Shown here one piece after another: positions 48,350 to 57,938 of a stretch of DNA of 64,000 bases; position 1 is the first letter of the stretch, and every line of letters starts with the position of its first letter. The DNA is from an uncultured Oscillospiraceae bacterium. GTDB lineage: Bacteria > Bacillota > Clostridia > Oscillospirales > Oscillospiraceae. Under the pieces are notes generated by a model. That model saw only the letters and a list, made by a program, of their open reading frames with translations, did no database searches and was not told the DNA's origin. The stretch spans positions 27,773-91,772 of the forward strand of contig CANRNU010000003.1 of the NCBI GenBank assembly GCA_947632005.1, written 5' to 3'. A program made the translations under genes and the position numbers.

Positions 48350-48523
48350 AGCTTTTTCCTTCCCTTGGCAACCAAGATGGCATGTTTTAATATTTACATA
48401 TTAGTTCTCTATGGCCTTTTTGTCAACAACATAACGATCATCCCCCGCTGCATCGCCTGGCCGGCGGAGGATTTTTTCTGCGCTGGCCGTATCATTTTCA
48501 GGTCCTGTGCACAAACTAGCCCC

Positions 48524-49543
48524 ATGGAAACGAAACGTATGGGAAAACAGACCGTCCACCTGACCATGCAGCCCGGCGTGGCCGCGGCGGCGTGTGTGGG
48601 CGGCAAAAAAGAGGGCGAAGGCCCTCTCAGACGGTATTTTGACTACCTGAGCGAGGACTCCCGTTTTGGGGCCAAGAGCTGGGAGAAGGCGGAGAGCGCC
48701 ATGCTGAAAATGTGCTACGCCATCGCCTGTGACAAGGCCAAGACTCCGCCGGGGGACGTGGAGTATGTCTTCTCCGGGGACCTTTTGAACCAATGCGCCG
48801 GGTCGGCCTACGCCATGCGGGAGTGCGGCGTGCCCTATTTCGGCCTGTACGGGGCCTGTTCCACCATGGCGGAGGGACTGTCTCTGGCCGCCATGCTGAT
48901 CGACGGGGGCTTTTGCACCACTGCCGCCGCGGCCACCAGCAGTCACTTCTGCTCGGCGGAGCGGCAGTACCGCTTCCCTCTCCAGTACGGCAATCAGCGG
49001 CCCCCTACGTCCCAGTGGACGGTCACCGGCGCGGGAGCGCTCATCCTCAAGGCGGACGGCCCCGCCCCCTATGTGACCCACATCACCACCGGCGTCATCA
49101 CCGACGCGGGGGTGACGGACATGAACAACATGGGCGCGGCCATGGCGCCGGCGGCCTATGAGACCTTGAAAGCTCACTTTGCGGACACAGGCCGGGGACC
49201 GGATTATTACGACGCCATCGTCACCGGGGACCTGGGGGTGGTGGGCTCCCACATCCTGGCGGACCTCTTTCTGCGGGACGGCGTCGACCTGGGCGTGCGG
49301 TATATGGACTGTGGCCGGCTCATCTATGCCGTGAATGGCCAGGACGCCCATGCCGGCGGCTCCGGGTGCGGCTGCTCGGCGTCGGTGCTGTGCGGCCACC
49401 TGCTGCACGGTATGCTGGAACACAACTGGGACCGGCTGCTGTTCGCGGCCACCGGGGCCATGATGAGTCCCACCACCAACCAGCAGGGCGAGAGCATTCC
49501 CGCCATCTGCCACGCGGTAGCGCTGGAAAACGCAAGATGTTAA
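48524..49543 (+). CDS. spoVAD: Stage V sporulation protein AD
   Basis: ...GKQTVHLTMQPGVAAAACVGGKKEGEGPL...SWEKAES.ML...: thiolase-like SpoVAD pattern. This is the last ~340 codons of the 1408-aa track ORF. Start is ATG 48524 or 48539; the RBS is weak. Confidence 0.88.
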   Translation: METKRMGKQTVHLTMQPGVAAAACVGGKKEGEGPLRRYFDYLSEDSRFGAKSWEKAESAMLKMCYAIACDKAKTPPGDVEYVFSGDLLNQCAGSAYAMRECGVPYFGLYGACSTMAEGLSLAAMLIDGGFCTTAAAATSSHFCSAERQYRFPLQYGNQRPPTSQWTVTGAGALILKADGPAPYVTHITTGVITDAGVTDMNNMGAAMAPAAYETLKAHFADTGRGPDYYDAIVTGDLGVVGSHILADLFLRDGVDLGVRYMDCGRLIYAVNGQDAHAGGSGCGCSASVLCGHLLHGMLEHNWDRLLFAATGAMMSPTTNQQGESIPAICHAVALENARC

Positions 49544-49558
49544 AGGCAGGGTGCAGAC

Positions 49559-49930
49559 ATGAACGAGACAGTCATGACATTTCTGAAAACCTTTCTGGTG
49601 GGCGGGGCGCTGTGTCTGGTGGGCCAGCTGCTCATCGACCTGACCCGGCTGACGCCGGCCCGCATCCTGACCGCCTATGTGGTGGCGGGGGTCCTGTTGG
49701 GGGCCGTCGGGCTCTACCAGCCCCTGGCGGACTGGGCCGGGGCCGGGGCCACGGTCCCGCTGACCGGCTTTGGGAATCTGCTGGCCAGGGGCGTGAAGGA
49801 GGCCGTGGCACAGCGAGGCGTCATCGGCGCCTTCACCGGGGGCTTCACCTCCGCCGCAGGGGGGATCTGTGCCGCCATTTTCTTTGGCATCCTGGCGGCC
49901 TCACTCTTCAAGAGCCGGGAAAAATACTGA
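49559..49930 (+). CDS. spoVAE: Stage V sporulation protein AE (SpoVAEb/SpoVAC family small membrane protein)
   Basis: 123 aa, 4 TM, ...FLVGGALCLVGQLLID...VPLTGFGN.L..G... Confidence 0.85.
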   Translation: MNETVMTFLKTFLVGGALCLVGQLLIDLTRLTPARILTAYVVAGVLLGAVGLYQPLADWAGAGATVPLTGFGNLLARGVKEAVAQRGVIGAFTGGFTSAAGGICAAIFFGILAASLFKSREKY

Positions 49931-49936
49931 TAAAAA

Positions 49937-49980
49937 GCCTGACAGGGCGGGTCCTCCCCCCTGTCAGGCTCATTTTGTTT
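49937..49980 (+). terminator. Rho-independent terminator after spoVAE
   Basis: AGCCTGACAGG / CCTGTCAGGCT stem followed by CATTTTGTTT. Confidence 0.8.
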
Positions 49981-49989
49981 GATGCGCCG

Positions 49990-50418
49990 TCAAGCGCGCA
50001 TGAGCGCGGCGGCCCGGTCCACGGCCCGGGCGAGATAATCCTCCAGCCGAAGCTCCTCCGTGCCCGCCACATATACGCCGCAGGTAGAGGTGGGGATCAG
50101 CACCTTCACCGCCTTCGACCCGGAGACTGCCGCCGCCATGGCCGGGGACACTTCCCCCAGGATGCCGTTGGCCAGCATGACCCCGATCGGGCCCAGGATA
50201 AGGTCCGCCCGGGCGGCGTTATAGATAAGGGCATTCTCCCCCGTAGCCCCCTGGGACGCCCCGGCCCGGAGCATGGCCGCCGTGGCCGTCACGTTGGTCC
50301 CCACGGCGAGCATCTCCCAGCCATCCGGCAGCTCTTTTGCCATCATCCGGGCAAGCTGGGCGCCGATACCGCCGCCCTGGCCGTCCAGGATCAGGACTCT
50401 CTTCCTCTCGTCAGCCAT
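49990..50418 (-). CDS. DUF3842-family protein
   Basis: MADERKRVLILDGQGGGIGAQL...: the N-terminal (V/I)(L/I)DGQGGGIG motif is characteristic of this Clostridia-wide family. Confidence 0.75.
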   Translation of the reverse strand: MADERKRVLILDGQGGGIGAQLARMMAKELPDGWEMLAVGTNVTATAAMLRAGASQGATGENALIYNAARADLILGPIGVMLANGILGEVSPAMAAAVSGSKAVKVLIPTSTCGVYVAGTEELRLEDYLARAVDRAAALMRA

Positions 50419-50441
50419 CCATTACCTCCGCCGCGTCTGCC

Positions 50442-51401
50442 TCATCCCGCGGCCAGACGCGCCATGACCTGTTCATAGTCCGGCACGCTGGAGATGCCGC
50501 CGTACTGCGTGGTAGACAGCCCCGCGCTGACACAGGCGAACCGGGCAGTCTCCTCCATCTCCGCCGCCGTCAGGCTCCGCACATCCTTCCCGATCTGCAG
50601 CAGCTTCCACAGCGCGCTTCCGCCAAAGATATCGCCCGCACCGGTGGTATCCACCACGGAGAGCCCGGAAAGCCCCGGTACACGTCCCTCCGCGGCGGGG
50701 TTTTTGAATATGCACCCGTCCGGGCCGCAGGTGACGAACACCAGCCCCACGCCATAGGCATCAAGGATATGCCGTGCCCCCTCTTCCGGCGTCATGCCGA
50801 ACAGAAATTCCACTTCCTCGTCGCTGATCTTCACGACGTCCGCCTGGCCCAGGCCCCAGAGCATCAGCTCCTTCGCCTCCTCCAGGCTGTTCCACAGTGG
50901 TTTGCGCAGATTGGGGTCAAAGGTGACGAGCTTGCCCCGCTGCCGGGCATGGGCCACGGCCCTGGCCGTCGCCCCCCGGGCCGGCTGGTCCGTCAGGGAC
51001 AGTGTGCCAAAGTGGAAGGCTCTCGTCTCGTCGATGAGGGAGAGGTCCAGCTCCTCATAGCGCAGGCAGGTGTCCGCTCCCGGCTTTCTCGCAAAGGAGA
51101 ACTCCCTGTCCCCGTGCTCATCCAATATGACAAAGGCCAGGGTCGTAAATACGCCCGGGTCCGTCACGATGCCCCGGGTCCCGATGCCCGCCTGATCCAG
51201 CGTGCCCACCAGCAGCTTTCCGAAGGCGTCATCCCCCACCTTTCCCAGCAGCGCGGTCTTCGCGCCGAACTTGGCCAGCGCGGCCAGGAAATTGGCCGGC
51301 GCTCCGCCGGGATGGGCAGCCATGGTGGGATACCCCTCCCCATCCGTGCTCTGTGTGGTAAAGTCTATGAGCAGTTCGCCCAGCGCCACTACATCGGTCA
51401 T
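50442..51401 (-). CDS. PfkB-family carbohydrate kinase (fructokinase-like)
   Basis: MTDVVALGELLIDF...GGAPANF...DPN.R..LW...VVDTTGAGD.F.G. Confidence 0.88.
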   Translation of the reverse strand: MTDVVALGELLIDFTTQSTDGEGYPTMAAHPGGAPANFLAALAKFGAKTALLGKVGDDAFGKLLVGTLDQAGIGTRGIVTDPGVFTTLAFVILDEHGDREFSFARKPGADTCLRYEELDLSLIDETRAFHFGTLSLTDQPARGATARAVAHARQRGKLVTFDPNLRKPLWNSLEEAKELMLWGLGQADVVKISDEEVEFLFGMTPEEGARHILDAYGVGLVFVTCGPDGCIFKNPAAEGRVPGLSGLSVVDTTGAGDIFGGSALWKLLQIGKDVRSLTAAEMEETARFACVSAGLSTTQYGGISSVPDYEQVMARLAAG

Positions 51402-51428
51402 ACCTGTCTCCTCCTGTCTGTTCGTTCT

Positions 51429-52049
51429 TCATTTCCCGGCGCCGTTTTCCAGATAGCCCTCTCTCCGGGCGACCTTTCCAATGGTGCGCCAAAATATCTT
51501 CCAGTCCATCAAAAAGCCGACATGCTCCAGATATGTCCGGTCCAGCGCGGCCTTGTCCGCATCCGACACCATATCCCGGCCATTGATCTGCGCCCAGCCG
51601 GTGATACCAGGCCTCAGCTGATACACGCCGTATGCCCGGCGCAGCACATGGACCGGCTTCTCCTGGGGTACCAGCGGTCTGGGGCCGATCAGGCTCATCT
51701 TCCCGCTCAGGACCTGGAACAGCTGGGGCAGCTCGTCAATGCTGGAGGCCCGCAGGAACCGGCCCAGGCGGGTCATATCCTCCGGTCTGCCCGGGGACGC
51801 ACAGGTCCTCATGGTGCGGAATTTCACCACCGTGAACAGTGCCTCTCCCCGTCCTACCCGCTGCTGGCAGAAGAACACCGGTTCCGAGGGGCTCGCCAGC
51901 TTTTGCGCCAACGCCACCAGGAGCATCGGCGCCCCCGTCAGGGCCAGCAGCACCAGCGACAGCACGATGTCCAGCACCCGCTTCAAACAGAGGTACCGCC
52001 GCTGCCCCGGCGTCAGGACATATTGGGTTCTTTCCCTGTCAAAAACCAA
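51429..52049 (-). CDS. Polyprenyl-phosphate sugar-phosphate transferase (bacterial sugar transferase, EpsL/WbaP C-terminal type)
   Basis: ...KRVLDIVLSLVLLAL...VVKFRTM...DELPQLFQVLSGKMSLIGPRP...PGITGWAQING. Confidence 0.9.
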   Translation of the reverse strand: MVFDRERTQYVLTPGQRRYLCLKRVLDIVLSLVLLALTGAPMLLVALAQKLASPSEPVFFCQQRVGRGEALFTVVKFRTMRTCASPGRPEDMTRLGRFLRASSIDELPQLFQVLSGKMSLIGPRPLVPQEKPVHVLRRAYGVYQLRPGITGWAQINGRDMVSDADKAALDRTYLEHVGFLMDWKIFWRTIGKVARREGYLENGAGK

Positions 52050-52160
52050 TGACTGGACCCTCCAGAGCGGTCATTCCCTACGCGATATAGTATAAAATAA
52101 GCGGCTGTGGTTGTCAATGCCGCCTTGCCGCAGGCTCTCCGACCGGCCCGGTCAGCGGGA

Positions 52161-52198
52161 CAAAAAGCGCCGGAGCAGCTGATCTCTGCTCCGGCGCT
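52161..52198 (-). terminator. Rho-independent terminator after the deacetylase gene
   Basis: 13-bp stem AGCGCCGGAGCAG / CTGCTCCGGCGCT with a 7-nt loop, followed by a T-run on the minus strand. Confidence 0.85.
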
Positions 52199-52220
52199 GA
52201 ACAGCCCCTGCACACGCAGG

Positions 52221-53342
52221 TCAATATACCCGCAGCTGTTTGCCCCCCAGCTTGCTCTCGTCCACCAGGGACGTATAGGCTTGGGGCACCGTGACCGTAT
52301 TGGGGTCCCCGTCGCTCACATAGATCGGGTCCCGGGGATTTGCCAGCCACCACTCAAAATCACAGTCCTCTGCCATGAATCCGGTCCCCCTGATCCGGTG
52401 GATGCTGTAGGGATCATAGTCCGGATTGACCGGGGATATGGCCGGGTCCCACCCGACCTCAACGACTCCCAGGTTCCTGTACTCGACCCCCTCATAGGTG
52501 CCGCTCTTGATGTGCTCAAACAGCTCGGGAGACGTGATGCCAAAGGGAAGGGAAAAGCTGGTGAACGTATAGCCGTCTATCGCCTCATACATGGCGGCCT
52601 GGTTTTGCCCGACCTCCCGGATGATGGTATCCGCATCCGAGATGCTCGACAGGTTGCAGTGGGAATAGGTGTGGTTGCCGATCTCAAAGCCGAGGTCTAT
52701 CAGGTGCTGAAGCCTCTCCTGCACAGTCCCCGCCAGTTGGGGGCCGGATTCCCGCTCCTCATAAAACGGCGAGCCGCCAAGATTGATGTAAAACGTGCCC
52801 TCCAGCCCGAAGTCGGGATGCTCTTCATAAAAGTCCAGCATGACCGCCACCGCGCACTCAGGATTCACCACCAGCTCCCCGTTCTCCTCGATCAGGCTGA
52901 ACTGGCTGGCGGTACCGTCGTCAAATGTGAAGATGACGGGTTTATATCCGGCCTCCACCTCGATCGAGTTGTTCAGAAAGTCGTTCATGGAGGTCATTCT
53001 GTAGCCCATATCGTACAGGCGGCCCATGAGCTCTTTCAGGTACGAGAAGCTCTGGGTATAGCGCTTGAAATCGTCTGAATAGGACTCATTCGGGTCCAGT
53101 TCGTCTACGAACATATGAAACATCACGATCGGCACCTCACCGGCCTCGTTGGGCTTCGTGGCCTCCAGGTCGATCTCCGGCGTGGGCGCAGGCGTCTCGG
53201 TAGGGACTGCCGTGGGCTCGGGGGTCGCCGTGGCCGGCGGGGCGGACGCGCTCTCTCCGGTGAAATGGGTCATGAGCACCGCTTCCACCCCCACGATCAC
53301 CGCCAGCACCAGCAAAACGATCACCAACCGCTGCACTTTCAT
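52221..53342 (-). CDS. Polysaccharide deacetylase (NodB-type), membrane-anchored or secreted
   Basis: Start moved to MKVQRLVIVLLVLAVIVG behind GGGAGGGATGG. Pro/Thr linker; FTFDDG NodB motif; ...GNHTYSH. Confidence 0.88.
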   Translation of the reverse strand: MKVQRLVIVLLVLAVIVGVEAVLMTHFTGESASAPPATATPEPTAVPTETPAPTPEIDLEATKPNEAGEVPIVMFHMFVDELDPNESYSDDFKRYTQSFSYLKELMGRLYDMGYRMTSMNDFLNNSIEVEAGYKPVIFTFDDGTASQFSLIEENGELVVNPECAVAVMLDFYEEHPDFGLEGTFYINLGGSPFYEERESGPQLAGTVQERLQHLIDLGFEIGNHTYSHCNLSSISDADTIIREVGQNQAAMYEAIDGYTFTSFSLPFGITSPELFEHIKSGTYEGVEYRNLGVVEVGWDPAISPVNPDYDPYSIHRIRGTGFMAEDCDFEWWLANPRDPIYVSDGDPNTVTVPQAYTSLVDESKLGGKQLRVY

Positions 53343-53404
53343 ATATCCATCCCTCCCTGATCTTTCGCACGGCGACAAGATCAAATCCGTTCCTGTTCGC
53401 TATG

Positions 53405-53433
53405 ATTATACACGTTCCCACCCGCAAGCGCAA
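53405..53433 (-). promoter_or_regulatory. Sigma-A-like promoter for the deacetylase gene
   Basis: Minus strand: TTGCGC (53433-53428), 17 nt, TATAAT (53410-53405). Confidence 0.45.
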
Positions 53434-53603
53434 CCGTAAATCCTCCGCCGGATGGGCCTGTATAAGGGGAAAAATGTCCTATGACAGCGGAAAAGGGGCC
53501 GCCGCAGGATCAGCAGCAGCCCCTTCATACCGAAGGCTGAGGGAAAACGGTCTGGATATGTCAGCGCAGAGGAAAGCCCGCGCCTTTGCCCTTTTCTGAC
53601 CGC

Positions 53604-54986
53604 TCAATTCGTCACCAGGGCCTTTTTCCGCCAGACGCCCCGTCGGTAGGCGATGTAGGTCAGCAGCGCGCCCACGGCCCAGGAGATCAGCAGCGAGCCG
53701 AACAGCGCCTGGGGCTGGCCCTTGGGAAAGGCCTCCGTACGGGTGAGCCAGGCCATGCCGTAGGCGATGGGGACCCGCAGCACGATGGTGCTCACCATGG
53801 TGATCCACATGGGCGTGGCCGTATCGCCCGCGCCGCGCATCACGCCGCCCAGCACTTGGGTCACCGCCACGCAGATATAGCCCACGGCCAGGATGCGCAT
53901 CATGCGCACCGCCATATCCATCAGCTCCGGGGTGTCCGTGAACAGGCCGAACATGAACCGCCCGGCAAACAGCAGGATCGCCGTGATGGTCGCCGAAACA
54001 GCCAGCGCCATGACGCTGCCCTGCTTTGTCCCCTGCTCCACCCGGTCCAGTCTGCCAGCGCCAACGTTCTGGCCGGCGTAAACGCTCAAGGCCTGACCAA
54101 AGCTCATGTTGGGCATCATGGCAAAGCCGTCCACCCGCATGATGATCACGTTGCAGGCCATCACCATCTCCCCCATGCTGTTGGTCAGGGACTGTACCAC
54201 CAGCATGGCCACGGACATGATGCCCTGTGTGATGCCGGAGGGGACGCCCAGCTTGATGATACGCCAGGCCGTGTCCTTGCGCATGCGCAGGGTGTGCCAG
54301 TTCAGATCAAATACCTCCCGCATGTGCAGCAGCTTCACGAAGCACAGCGCCGCGGAGATGGCCTGGGCAATGATGGTAGCCAGGGCCACGCCGGGCACGC
54401 CCATGCCAAAGCTGGCCACGAACCACACGTCCAGGAAGATGTTCAGTATCGTTGCCAGCAGCAGAAAGCCCAGGGCGGAGAAGGAATCGCCCAGGCCCCG
54501 GAGGATGCCGGAGAGGATATTGTAATACGTGAACCCCGCCGCGCCCAGGAAGAATATCTTCAAATACTGGGCGCACCAGTCGAACACGGAGTCCGGCGTG
54601 CTCAAAAGCCGCAGCAGGGGCTCGGTGATGACCACGCCGATGAGCATGGTGGCCACGGAGGTGATGGCCGCCAGGGTGACGCAGTTGCCGATGGCCCGGG
54701 AGAGGCCCTCCCTGTCATCCGCGCCGAAGCGCTGGCTGATGACGATGCCCGCGCCCGTGGACACGCCCACGAACACGGCCAGCAGCAGGTTGAAGATGGG
54801 CATGCAGGTGCCCACCGCCGCCAGGGCGTTGTCCCCCACATATTTGCCCACCACGATGGAGTCCACCGTGTTGTACAGCTGCTGGGCCAGGTTGCCGATG
54901 AGCATGGGGACGGCAAACTCCATAATGCGCTTCCAGGGAGCGCCCTCCGTCATATCTCTGGCTGTAAAAAGCTCTCTGAGCTTCAT
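53604..54986 (-). CDS. MATE-family efflux transporter
   Basis: Start moved to MKLRELFTARDMTEGAPWKRIMEFAVPMLIGNLAQQLYNTVDSIVVG (typical MatE N-terminus) behind GGAAGGG. 12 TM. Confidence 0.92.
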   Translation of the reverse strand: MKLRELFTARDMTEGAPWKRIMEFAVPMLIGNLAQQLYNTVDSIVVGKYVGDNALAAVGTCMPIFNLLLAVFVGVSTGAGIVISQRFGADDREGLSRAIGNCVTLAAITSVATMLIGVVITEPLLRLLSTPDSVFDWCAQYLKIFFLGAAGFTYYNILSGILRGLGDSFSALGFLLLATILNIFLDVWFVASFGMGVPGVALATIIAQAISAALCFVKLLHMREVFDLNWHTLRMRKDTAWRIIKLGVPSGITQGIMSVAMLVVQSLTNSMGEMVMACNVIIMRVDGFAMMPNMSFGQALSVYAGQNVGAGRLDRVEQGTKQGSVMALAVSATITAILLFAGRFMFGLFTDTPELMDMAVRMMRILAVGYICVAVTQVLGGVMRGAGDTATPMWITMVSTIVLRVPIAYGMAWLTRTEAFPKGQPQALFGSLLISWAVGALLTYIAYRRGVWRKKALVTN

Positions 54987-55269
54987 GATACCCTTCCTTT
55001 CCCTCCAGGCTGACCATTCAAAAGAACGGGACCGAAAGGTCCCGCTTTCGTCCCTTATCCGCCGACGGAAAGCCCTCCATCGGTCGCTGACATCGCCGGC
55101 ACAGCCTCCACAGATCATTTATTATCTAAAGTATAACATATAGTATTTTCCTGCGCAACGGAGAAGGTCACAGATTTTCCAGTAAAAAGATAGGCTAAAT
55201 AGACAATTTGTTCAAGAGGGCCCGCATGTCCCGCCCCCGGAGAGAGCACGGCCCGGCCGTACCGCCGGC

Positions 55270-55298
55270 TTGCATGGCGGGACCGGCCCTGTTATAAT
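55270..55298 (+). promoter_or_regulatory. Sigma-A promoter for tex
   Basis: TTGCAT (55270-55275), 17 nt, TGtTATAAT (55290-55298). Confidence 0.6.
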
Positions 55299-55351
55299 GA
55301 TAACGACCATCACAAGGCGAAATAAGACCAAGATAAAAAGGAACACTGTAT

Positions 55352-57499
55352 ATGGATCTTGCAAAGACGATAGCGGCGGAATTCGCCCTGCGCCCCGGGC
55401 AGATACAGGCGGTCATCGACCTGCTGGACGGAGGCAACACCATCCCCTTCATCGCCCGGTACCGGAAGGAAGCCCACGGCTCCATCGACGACCAGACCCT
55501 GCGCCGGATCGCCGAGCGGCTGGCATACCTGCTGGGACTGGAAAAGCGCCGGGAGGAGCTTGAAAAGGCCCTGACGGAGCAGGGCGTTCTGACACAAGAG
55601 CTCCGGGAAAAGCTCCTGGCCGCCAGGACGCTGGCGGAGCTGGAGGACCTCTACCGTCCCTTCCGTCCCAAGCGCCGGACCCGGGCCACGGCGGCCAAAG
55701 AGCGGGGATTGGAGCCCCTGGCCCAATGGCTGCTCCTGAACCAGGGAACGGGCAGCCCCGCCCGGGAGGCCGCCCGGTATATCACCGGGGACGTGCCGGA
55801 CGAAGAGAGCGCTTTGGCCGGAGCCCGGGACATCATCGCTGAGATGGTCAGCGACGACGCGGCCCTCCGGAAGGACCTGCGGGCGGTGCTGCTGCGGGAG
55901 GGCGTCATCCATACCGCCGCGGCGAAGGACGAGGACAGCGTCTACCGGATGTACTATGACTATCAGGAGCCCGTGCCCCGCATGGCCGCCCATCGGGTGC
56001 TGGCTGTCAACCGGGGCGAACGGGAGGGGTACCTGAAGGTGACCCTCGACCTGCCGGATGACCGGGTCCTGGAACGGGTCCGGCGGCGCTTTGTCCGGGG
56101 CTGCGGCGAGACCGCCCAACAGGTAGCCGCGGCCTGTGAGGACGCCTGGACCCGGCTGCTGTTCCCCTCCCTGGAGCGGGAGCTGCGGGGAGAGCTGACG
56201 GACCGGGCCAACGAGTCCTCTATCCGGGTCTTTGCCCAAAACCTCCACCAGCTGCTGATGCAGCCGCCGGTGAAGGGCCGGGTCATCCTGGGGGTGGACC
56301 CCGGCTTTCGCACCGGCTGCAAGCTGGCCGTGGTGGACGAAAACGGCAAGGTGCTGGAGACGGGCGTGGGATACTTCACCCTGCCGGGCCAGACCCGCCA
56401 GAAGGAGCAGGCCGCAGCGCTCATCGAGGCCATGGTACGGCGGCACCATGTGACGGTCATCGCCATCGGCAACGGTACCGCCTCCCGGGAGAGCGAGCAG
56501 TTCATCGTCTCCCTCCTGCCCCGGCTCCCCGGCGCCGCCTATGCCATCGTCAGCGAGGCGGGCGCGTCCGTGTACTCCGCAAGCCCCCTGGCCGCCCAGG
56601 AATTCCCCGATTACGACGTGTCTCTGCGAAGCGCCGTGTCCATCGCCCGGCGGCTCCAGGACCCCTTGGCGGAGCTGGTGAAGATCGATCCCAAGGCCAT
56701 CGGCGTGGGTCAGTACCAGCACGACCTGAAGCAGAACGAGCTGTCCGCCGCCCTGGACGGAGTGGTGGAGCAGTGCGTCAACGACGTGGGCGTGGAGGTG
56801 AGCACCGCCTCGGCGGAGCTTCTCAGCCGGGTGGCGGGCATCGGCCCCGTCCTTGCCAGGAACATCGTGGCCTGGCGGGAGGAAAACGGGCCCATCCCCT
56901 CCCGGGCCGCCCTGAAAAAGGTCCCCAAGCTGGGTCCCAGGGCCTTTGAGCAGTGCGCCGGCTTCCTCCGGGTGGCGGACAGCGCCGACCCGCTGGACGC
57001 CACCGCCGTCCACCCGGAGAGTTATGGCAGCGCCAAAGCGCTTTTGAAGACCCTGGGCTTTTCCCTGGGAGACATCCGAAACGGCGGCGTGCCCCAGATC
57101 GGCCAGCGGGCAAAAGAATACGGCCTGGAACGGCTGGCCGTGGCGGTGGACCTGGGCCTTCCCACCCTGGAGGACATGCTCTCCGAGCTTGCAAAGCCCG
57201 GACGGGACCCCCGGGAGGAACTGCCGGCCCCGGCGCTGCGCACCGACGTGCTGGACATCCAGGACCTGAAGCCCGGCATGGAGCTGACCGGCACGGTGCG
57301 AAACGTCATCGACTTCGGCGCCTTCGTGGACATCGGCGTCCATCAGGACGGTCTGGTCCACATCTCCCGTATGGCGAACAAGTTCGTGAAGCACCCCTCG
57401 GACGTGGTGAAGGTGGGCGATGTGTTGAAGGTCTGGGTGGTGGATGCGGACCCGGTGAAAAAGCGCATCGCCCTGACCATGGTCAAAGACAAGACCTGA
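55352..57499 (+). CDS. tex: Tex-like transcription accessory protein (YqgF/HhH/S1 domains)
   Basis: MDLAKTIAAEFALRPGQIQAVIDLLDGGNTIPFIARYRKE...; C-terminal S1 domain (GTVRNVIDFGAFVDIGVHQDGLVHIS). Confidence 0.96.
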   Translation: MDLAKTIAAEFALRPGQIQAVIDLLDGGNTIPFIARYRKEAHGSIDDQTLRRIAERLAYLLGLEKRREELEKALTEQGVLTQELREKLLAARTLAELEDLYRPFRPKRRTRATAAKERGLEPLAQWLLLNQGTGSPAREAARYITGDVPDEESALAGARDIIAEMVSDDAALRKDLRAVLLREGVIHTAAAKDEDSVYRMYYDYQEPVPRMAAHRVLAVNRGEREGYLKVTLDLPDDRVLERVRRRFVRGCGETAQQVAAACEDAWTRLLFPSLERELRGELTDRANESSIRVFAQNLHQLLMQPPVKGRVILGVDPGFRTGCKLAVVDENGKVLETGVGYFTLPGQTRQKEQAAALIEAMVRRHHVTVIAIGNGTASRESEQFIVSLLPRLPGAAYAIVSEAGASVYSASPLAAQEFPDYDVSLRSAVSIARRLQDPLAELVKIDPKAIGVGQYQHDLKQNELSAALDGVVEQCVNDVGVEVSTASAELLSRVAGIGPVLARNIVAWREENGPIPSRAALKKVPKLGPRAFEQCAGFLRVADSADPLDATAVHPESYGSAKALLKTLGFSLGDIRNGGVPQIGQRAKEYGLERLAVAVDLGLPTLEDMLSELAKPGRDPREELPAPALRTDVLDIQDLKPGMELTGTVRNVIDFGAFVDIGVHQDGLVHISRMANKFVKHPSDVVKVGDVLKVWVVDADPVKKRIALTMVKDKT

Positions 57500-57552
57500 G
57501 ACCGGACCCCGGCTCCCGGTCACTGCCGTTCAAAACTCTGCCGGAAAGCACA

Positions 57553-57590
57553 AGCTCCGGGACAGGCCCCCCTGTCCCGGAGCTAATTTT
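57553..57590 (+). terminator. Rho-independent terminator after tex
   Basis: 14-bp stem AGCTCCGGGACAGG-CCCC-CCTGTCCCGGAGCT followed by AATTTTG. Confidence 0.85.
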
Positions 57591-57697
57591 GCCGGCAGGA
57601 CCCGGGCCGCGCCCGTGAATACTCTGTCAAAGCAGCGTTTCTCACAAAACAGTACCTTTATATCGCAAAATAAGTACGATTCTGCACAATTTCTCTC

Positions 57698-57726
57698 TTG
57701 CGCGCCCGGCATTTTTCTGTTATAAT
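57698..57726 (+). promoter_or_regulatory. Sigma-A-like promoter of the riboswitch-symporter transcript
   Basis: TTGCGC (57698-57703), 17 nt, TGtTATAAT (57718-57726). Confidence 0.55.
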
Positions 57727-57739
57727 TTAAATAAATACA

Positions 57740-57938
57740 TGATGTCGAGTGGCGTTCGGCGCCAGCGGGAGAACCAGTATTGGGGTGTGTCCGATCATTC
57801 GGAGGGAGGCCTCCTCCTAACCCGTCAGCTAATCTCGTCAGGCAGAGGAGATATGTAATGCACGATTTCTGAATCGCGTGATGTCTATCCTATTGGAACA
57901 GGTATTTCCTTTGCCGCCCGTCATCGGGTGGCATTTTT
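57740..57938 (+). promoter_or_regulatory. c-di-AMP riboswitch (ydaO/yuaA class) with terminator expression platform
   Basis: Conserved blocks GGGAGAACCA (57767-57776), GGGGTG (57782-57787) and CTAACCCGTCAGCTAATCTCGTCAGGC (57817-57843) match the remembered ydaO consensus (GGGGA.CCA / GGGGTGAATC / CCGAACCCGTCAGCTAACCTCGTAAGCG). Terminator TGCCGCCCG-TCAT-CGGGTGGCA plus TTTTT at 57912-57938. Confidence 0.7.

Noticed and set aside
48380-48403. Sigma-G/F-like forespore promoter GCATG ... CATATTA upstream of spoVAD
   Set aside because: The two boxes are only 12 nt apart, which is too short for the known spacing. It is left as unconfirmed.
45317-48523. First ~1070 codons of the 1408-aa plus-strand ORF
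   Set aside because: This part is antisense to the amidase gene, whose repeats and catalytic domain are clearly real. Only the last ~340 codons (spoVAD, from 48524) are genuine coding sequence.
57782-57850. TPP (THI-box) riboswitch look-alike: GGGGTG ... ACCC ... CTAATCTCG ... GCAGAGGAG
   Set aside because: The CTGAGA element and the CCTGATCTGGATAATGCCAGCG core are absent. The ACCCGTCAGCTAA(C/T)CTCGT block fits the c-di-AMP (ydaO) class much better.
57921-57938. T-box-like GGGTGGCA sequence upstream of the symporter gene
   Set aside because: It is simply the 3' arm of the terminator stem. I could find no Stem I, specifier loop, AG bulge or F-box upstream.
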